A stretch of DNA of 64,000 bases from the human T2T-CHM13v2.0 reference genome, Homo sapiens. Below the pieces are notes generated by a model. That model saw only the letters and a list, made by a program, of their open reading frames with translations. It was not told the DNA's origin and ran no database searches. This document shows, in pieces, positions 56,545 to 64,000 of the stretch. Numbering within the stretch: the stretch's first letter is position 1; each line of letters opens with the position of its first letter. The translations under genes were made by a program, and so were the position numbers. The stretch lies in the NCBI RefSeq assembly GCF_009914755.1, contig NC_060931.1, one strand, 5' to 3'.

Positions 56545-56780
56545 ATCAATAATGGTTTTTATGCACTTATTAAGTGTCTTATGATAGATAACTCATTTAA
56601 TCCTCACAACCATCCTATAAGGTAGGGTTTGTTACCCACCCCATTTTGCAGATGGGGGCACTGAGGCACAGTAAGGCACAGAAAAGTCGTAAATTTAGTG
56701 TGTAGCAAAGCCAGGATCTGAACCCAGGCAATAGGGCTCTATCTAGAATCTTTGCTTGTTTTTTTTCTAAATTATGCTAT
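56545..56780 (-). mobile_element. MIR
   Basis: aactcatttaatcctcacaac...cccattttgcagatgggggcactgaggcacag...gatctgaacccaggca. Confidence 0.75.
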
Positions 56781-56982
56781 TCATTAGGATCAAATTGAGT
56801 ATCAAAGTAACTACTGAGATGGTAAGTAATTTTTGAGTGATTGCAAATATTTGAAAAATCTGTGCTGTCCCAGAACCCCGTCTTTGATAGCCATGGCTTC
56901 CATTCTGACTAAAATATCAATAAAAACGTTTACTTTTGATCGGTGTTAAATATCCTAAATATGTCCCCTTTTCTTCCATAAG

Positions 56983-56984
<2 letters not shown>

Positions 56985-57015
<31 letters not shown>
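56985..57015. repeat. (TC)n microsatellite
   Basis: Direct observation. Confidence 0.9.
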
Positions 57016-57018
<3 letters not shown>

Positions 57019-58792
57019 ATAGGCATGGCAGAATAGCACTTTGAGTTTTGAAAACTTGTATTTTCTTCTTTAATACAGGAATGAGGTTACATTAAATGAT
57101 TCTTTTCATCTCTTCAAGTTTCTTTTTAAACTTAATTTTATGAATCAAAATAGAAAAACAATGGCAATGAAAGCAAAATGTGTTTTGATTTAAATTCAAA
57201 AATAACCAAAAAGGAATGCAAAATAAATGTGAAAGAGTTTGCAAAACTGTAATGATTGCATTGGATTTTTAATTCCAATGATTTAGATTCTTTCCTCAAT
57301 TTTGTGGTCTCCATAATGCTGTTAATAACAGCTAACATTTATTAAACCATTAACAGGTATCCTAGTGGTACTCATTCTTCACATCAGCCCTTTAGATATC
57401 TGTTGTCATCATTTTACAGATGAAAATAGTGAGGTTCAGAATAAGGTACTCAACTTTGTAATGTTCACCGTTCAGAATCAAGGTCAGAATGATTGTCTAA
57501 AGAGCACTGCTAACAATGCTCATCTCATTGTTCTTCAGAGATCATATTTTTTTTCAATTACTGCTACTTTTGTCATGCTATGGAAGAATAGAGAACAGTA
57601 TCCATGAAGGCTTTTTCCTCATTCTATGCACTGAAGATCTTTCTTTGATGTGTAGCTGGAGTACACTCTCAAAGAAAACTTTATTTCAGGCAACTGTGTC
57701 TTTATTGTATCTGCTCAGGCTTTTTACTCAGAGAAAAAAATAATACTGACTTCTTAAACTATGAAATCCAAAATGCAAAACCATGCCAATAATGAAAAAA
57801 AATGTGTTCAGTTTATAGTATACTTTTCTATCATCCTTGGCTTCACAAATGAGCTGATACAACATTAGTGTGTGTGAAGAATCACCATTATGGAGTTGTC
57901 ACCTTATGACCCTTGCTAGCAAACTCTTAAATGTACATTTGACATCTCATGTTAGATGTGGTTTGGATGCAGTTCACATCTAATTAAATAAGACTAACAG
58001 TTCTATTTGCTCCTTTATTTATTCCATTCCTTTAGAAATAGTTTATTTTGGCTACTACTTTCTTTCAGAAATGTCATACCAAAAAAATCACATGTAAAAT
58101 TCTATAAATGCAGATTATTTTACTTATAAACTTTGATTAGTCAAACAATTCTAACCATTTGGCAAAAGGAAGCTCATGATGCATTTGTAACTGCTGAGGC
58201 ATCCAAGTGCTTGCTACCCTGGGTCCCTGAACTGGGTGCAGAAACACAGAGATGCACACAGCACAGTTGACAGCCACGGGGTTTGTCACATCCCACTCCC
58301 AGGATTCTGTCTCAGGCTGCCCTCCCTCTGTAAGTTGTGACCCTGCTTCACCTCTGGGAGGTCTCCTATGTCTCATCGAAAGACTATCTTTGGAAAGAAA
58401 TTTAGTCTTTTCAGTTCCCTGTTTCTTTCTTTTGATTTTTAACCGGAAATTCCCAGAAGCTACTTTACAGATGAGAAAATTAAAAGACATTGAAATGTAG
58501 TTCTCTGTATGATGAAGCTCATTTTCTTTGACCTGTGCAGATTTATAACTTGGCTTTGCTTCTGCCCTTGTTCATAATTTGGTGGACGTGGCAAAAATTT
58601 TCAACCTGGTTTAAGATCCACTTCCACTTTTAGTCAATAGATGATGTTGATTGTTTCTCTATCAGGACAACTCGGGAAAAAAGTACATGCTTCTGTAGGA
58701 GAAGTGATACTGAGATTTTTCAATTTCTACTTACTTGTTAAGGATTAATACTTTCCCATAATTTAGTGACATTTCTCCCATTTGAAGCTCTA

Positions 58793-59204
<412 letters not shown>

Positions 59205-59586
59205 TCACTGTGAAGTTTTTCTAAATAAGAAATGCCCTGTTTTGTTTCCTGTAAAGCACAAAGTTCATTAAAAACAAATGAACAGGTGTGCAATTTACAC
59301 AAAAGATAAGTCGCTGAATATTCCAACTTTGTAGAGATCATCAGTATAAATAATTTCATGCTTAAAGAATTTTCCTGCATATATGTGAATAGATACAAAA
59401 GACATAAATATGTTTATATTCTAAAATATAAATCAGGTCATATAATACACACATACGTTAACTTCATGGAATGACCTAAAGATCAAAATTGTCCTTTTTC
59501 ATGGCTGCATGGTATTCTGTGTTGTAATAACAGCCAAATGAAAATAATTGATCCCCAACTGATAAACTTTTAAGTTGATTCCAATC

Positions 59587-59835
59587 TTTTTATTTTTTTA
59601 TTTTTTAAATTTTTGTGGGTATATAGTAGGCATATATATTTATGGGGTACATGAGATGTTTTGATAGAGGCATGCAATCTGAAATAAGCACATCATGGGG
59701 AATGGGGTATCCATCCCCTCAAGCATTTATCTTTCGAGTTACAAATAATACAAATACAATTACACTCTTTAAGTTATTTTAAAATGTACAATTATGTTAT
59801 TACTGACTATAGTCACCCTATTGTGCTATCAAATC
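59587..59835 (-). mobile_element. L1MA 3' end fragment
   Basis: Same L1MA terminus as 23312-23600 (tatttatggggtacatgagatgttttgata...ccctcaagcatttatc). Confidence 0.8.
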
Positions 59836-62057
59836 ATAATTCAAAATTTTTAAATATATAAACAAGATTACGAAGAATAAGTATGACCTTTTGCTCACTA
59901 TGCTTCAGTTTCATTGTGTTTCTTTCTCTTCCCAGAAGTCACCAAGCGCTTCTTGCCCAGAGACTTTGCCTTTACTGTTCCCTTACTGTTCCCTGTGAAG
60001 AGAATGGTCCTCCTTTGGCTCTGGGCAGGGTTGCGGCCTTCATTGTTTAGGTTCCTTTCACCTGACTCTGCTTGAGAGAGACCTTTCCTGACCATCTCAT
60101 CTAAAGGAGTCTTCCTCAAACCAAGCAACTTTCTATTATTTTACCCAGATTATTTTTTTACTGTTCTTTTCACAGTCAGCAATTATTTACTCATTTACTC
60201 CTGGTGTTTTAGTGGTAGTAACTAACCATTCCCTCTCTCTGCTCCAGAAAAAAATCAGTTAAGAAATGCACACAAGAATCAGATATAATTTTAAAATATA
60301 TATATTTTATATATTTTGCTAGTAAGGCTTATTGAAAAGCATGGTTCATATCTTCAAAAAAATTTCTCTCCAAATTAAAATCATAACCATTAGCTGACAC
60401 CTCTCCCGACCTCCAAATGGGAAGAAACATGTTCCTGATGCCTTATGCTAAAGGGGGTGGAAATTCGTGTGGGTGAAACAGAGAAGGGGTATCCTTAGTT
60501 TCTCTTTCTGGTTCACAATCATATAAATTAGGGGACAGAGAAAAGCAGGTATATTCCAAGACAATTTCATCCAGGGGCATAACAATTTCCTCCTCTAAAT
60601 GGGAATGTGAGGAGTTGAAGAGAACACTGCCTTAACTTCACTTCTTCATGACCTGGTCCCCTTCTGAATGCATCTACCTCCACCACTGTGCCTCCTGCGC
60701 TTAGAACAGTGGCTAAAACAGATCATGCACTCCAGGATCGTTTGTTAAAGGATGGATGAAGTACAAATTGACACTGGATAATATTGTTCTCTTATTGAAT
60801 TAGCAAAGGTTGAAAATAAAAATACATGGTTGTGATGACCATGTGGGAAAGAGGCATGATTCTGAGGTACACATCAGTGATATATTATATTGGTATAAAA
60901 TAATAGAATTTATATAGATAAAAATTAGTAGAATTTGTATTGGTAAATTTTCTGAAGCAAAGCTGGAAATAGATATCAAAAGCTTTGAAATTTCAATATA
61001 TTTAGCACCTGCAAATTCACTTTTAGAATACATTCTCAATTAAAAATCATCAATATAAGCCAAACATAAGCTTGTAAGAATATTTATCTCAATGCTACCA
61101 AACATAAGAGAATTAGAAACCAAAAATTTCTGACAAGAAAAATGATTCAATAAATTATAATAAAAAGGATATTGTACTGCTTTTATATATTATTATATAT
61201 TTGTATATTGCCTTTTTATTTTTTGTATATTATATATTTACTATTTTGATTTACAGACTTGAAACTATTTTCCTACATTTTCTTCCATTTTAATTCTTTC
61301 ACGTGTGACTAAATTTTAGCATCAAGTGCTGATGAAGAATTAAATAAAATACTTGAAATAGAACTACAAACCCTAGAGATGGAAAATAGGTACCAGAGGT
61401 GCTTCCAGGGAGTATGGGCCAGTGGCTGAAAAAATGACGGTTGTAGGAAGTTTTAAAGAAATTACAAAGTTGAAAAGCTATTTACAAAAGATTTTCAATC
61501 TTAAATATGAAAGTAGAATTCATGTGAGAAGGTAAATGGGTTGCTAAGCAAGAATATGAAGAACAGAATGCCCTAACCACTTCATACTGGGTAGAAAAAC
61601 TCAAGCATGCCCAGGATATAAAACCATCTTGTATTGCAGCATTTTGTCAGTGTCATCTCTAATTTCACTATGTTAATAACTAAGGATTCCACCCTATAAA
61701 AGAAGCAGAGTACCTGAATTCTCCTAAATGACACGTGTTTCCATGCATGTATGTGTATACAGTAATACAAGATATATTATATTACACCTTATGTTAATTT
61801 TTTTTTATATAAGAAGTATTATAGCTATACTTTTTTTCCGATTACTCTATTGGTAGAAGAGGATTTTTTTAATTTCATGAGCATAATTGAGTTGGTTCCA
61901 GTAACATATTTGAAAACAAATTCAACAAAGAATCCATTCAAAATAATACATTTCTTAATGCTCCCTCTGAAACACTCAGCAAATATTGTGCATCTTTGAC
62001 CCACAGCTCTGACCTTCCTGTCCTAGATGAGGGTTTGTCTTTCTCTGCCACAAGAGC

Positions 62058-63014
62058 ATGGAAGGCAACCAGACATGGATCACAGACATCACCCTGCTGG
62101 GATTCCAGGTTGGTCCAGCACTGGCGATTCTCCTCTGTGGACTCTTCTCTGTCTTCTATACACTCACCCTGCTGGGGAATGGGGTCATCTTTGGGATTAT
62201 CTGCCTGGACTCTAAGCTTCACACACCCATGTACTTCTTCCTCTCACACCTGGCCATCATTGACATGTCCTATGCTTCCAACAATGTTCCCAAGATGTTG
62301 GCAAACCTAATGAACCAGAAAAGAACCATCTCCTTTGTTCCATGCATAATGCAGACTTTTTTGTATTTGGCTTTTGCTGTTACAGAGTGCCTGATTTTGG
62401 TGGTGATGTCCTATGATAGGTATGTGGCCATCTGCCACCCTTTCCAGTACACTGTCATCATGAGCTGGAGAGTGTGCACGATCCTGGTTCTCACGTCCTG
62501 GTCATGTGGGTTTGCCCTGTCCCTGGTACATGAAATTCTCCTTCTAAGGTTGCCCTTCTGTGGGCCCCGGGATGTGAACCACCTCTTCTGTGAAATTCTG
62601 TCTGTCCTCAAGCTGGCCTGTGCTGACACCTGGGTTAACCAAGTGGTCATATTTGCTACCTGTGTGTTTGTCTTAGTCGGGCCTCTTTCCTTGATTCTGG
62701 TCTCCTACATGCACATCCTCGGGGCCATCCTGAAGATCCAGACAAAGGAGGGCCGCATAAAGGCCTTCTCCACCTGCTCCTCCCACCTGTGTGTGGTTGG
62801 ACTATTCTTTGGCATAGCCATGGTGGTTTACATGGTCCCAGACTCTAATCAACGAGAGGAGCAGGAGAAAATGCTGTCCCTGTTTCACAGTGTCTTGAAC
62901 CCAATGCTGAACCCCCTGATCTACAGCCTGAGGAATGCTCAGTTGAAGGGCGCCCTCCACAGAGCACTCCAGAGGAAGAGGTCCATGAGAACGGTGTATG
63001 GGCTTTGCCTTTAA
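62058..63014 (+). CDS. OR2A2: Olfactory receptor 2A2 (318 aa)
   Basis: Intact ORF MEGNQTWITDI...RTVYGLCL with all canonical OR motifs. Confidence 0.95.
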   Translation: MEGNQTWITDITLLGFQVGPALAILLCGLFSVFYTLTLLGNGVIFGIICLDSKLHTPMYFFLSHLAIIDMSYASNNVPKMLANLMNQKRTISFVPCIMQTFLYLAFAVTECLILVVMSYDRYVAICHPFQYTVIMSWRVCTILVLTSWSCGFALSLVHEILLLRLPFCGPRDVNHLFCEILSVLKLACADTWVNQVVIFATCVFVLVGPLSLILVSYMHILGAILKIQTKEGRIKAFSTCSSHLCVVGLFFGIAMVVYMVPDSNQREEQEKMLSLFHSVLNPMLNPLIYSLRNAQLKGALHRALQRKRSMRTVYGLCL

Positions 63015-63478
63015 AACATGTGGTTTGCTGAAGCAAGAATTTTGAATATATTTTGCAGAAGAAGTTTAATATAAAAATGGTGAGTGATTGAATTCAAGCT
63101 TTGAAAATAGGGCAATATTCAATGGAATGTATGTTCTCTAAAATCGAGGAATCATCTCAGTAGATAGGAGAGCAAAATTATCAGAATATTTAGCCTTTCC
63201 TTTAAAAGTGTTAGAACATCTTTTTGCTTTTATTTTTATTTATTTACTTTTTATGTCACAGTGCCATTTTATATAATTTCCTGAAATAGGCAAAATGAAA
63301 CTCTGATGTTAAAGGAGATAACAGCATTGTTTCATAATAGCTAAAACCTGAAAAGAATCCAAATATCTATCAACAGGGAGAAGTTGAGTAACTTGTATAT
63401 TCACACAGCAGAATACTAAGTAACAAAGAAAATGAATGAACCTCAACATACAGTAACATGGATGAATATTACAAACAC

Positions 63479-63527
63479 AAAATCTGGAGTGATACAGATC
63501 TGGAGTGATACAAAATCTGGAGTGATA
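63479..63527 (+). repeat. 3 x ~16-bp tandem repeat (atctggagtgata core) in an old L1ME 3' end (~63310-63750)
   Basis: aaatctggagtgatac agatctggagtgatac aaaatctggagtgata. Confidence 0.85.
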
Positions 63528-63754
63528 GAAGCCAGACACAAAAGGATGTATGATTCCACGCGTACATAAATTTCAAACATAGGCAATAACTAAACTATAA
63601 CGTTAAAGCTAGGATATTAGACATCATTAGGATGAAGGGAGTAGATAGTGACTGGGAGGGGTAGGAAGGCAGCTGGGTAATGGCCATTTACTGATAATCC
63701 CTTGCACTATACATTTATGCTTTGTGTACATTTCTCTTGTGTACATTTTAAAAA

Positions 63755-64000
63755 TAATTTCTACATTTATTTTAGATTCAGGTTGTACATGTGCAGGTTT
63801 GTTACATGGGTGTATTGTGTGATGATGAGGTCTGTGGTACAGATGATCCCTCCCCCAGGTACTAGGCATAGTACCCAATAGGTTTTTTTTCGGTCCACAC
63901 CCCCTTCCTCCTTACACTCTCTAGTAGTCCCCAGTGTCTACTTTTCCCATCTTTATGTCCATATGTACTCAAAGTTTAGCTCCCAGTTATAAATGAGAAC
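63755..64000 (-). mobile_element. L1PA15/16-like 3' end, runs off the window
   Basis: ttagattcaggttgtacatgtgcaggtttgttacatggg...tttagctcccagttataaatgagaac. Confidence 0.8.

Overview
Human (or great-ape) genomic DNA from the OR2A olfactory-receptor cluster, which I recognise as the 7q35 segment OR2A5 - OR2A25 - OR2A41P - OR2A12 - OR2A2. It holds four intact single-exon class II OR coding regions, all on the + strand, and a 111-bp OR fragment. The spacers are AT-rich and packed with repeats: old and young L1s (two with twin-priming inversions), about 11 Alus, nested THE1/MER11 LTR elements, an LTR41-like LTR with a CTCF motif, a truncated MER61-type provirus with a tRNA-Arg primer-binding site, L2/MIR relics and microsatellites. 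Apart from the four OR ORFs, the ORF track is essentially repeat-derived or shadow ORFs. I found no convincing new gene system. The least ordinary signals are these: two young ~110-bp locally templated insertions (one is the OR2A41P 'pseudogene', the other an inverted 109/110 copy with a fold-back junction), an iterative snap-back insertion in an L1, patchwork similarity among the OR paralogues suggesting gene conversion, a stop-loss C-terminal extension in OR2A2, a multilayer head-to-head MaLR nest, and candidate OR regulatory or splicing elements. Gene names, repeat subfamilies and reference alleles come from memory and were not checked against databases. Old-repeat boundaries are approximate.
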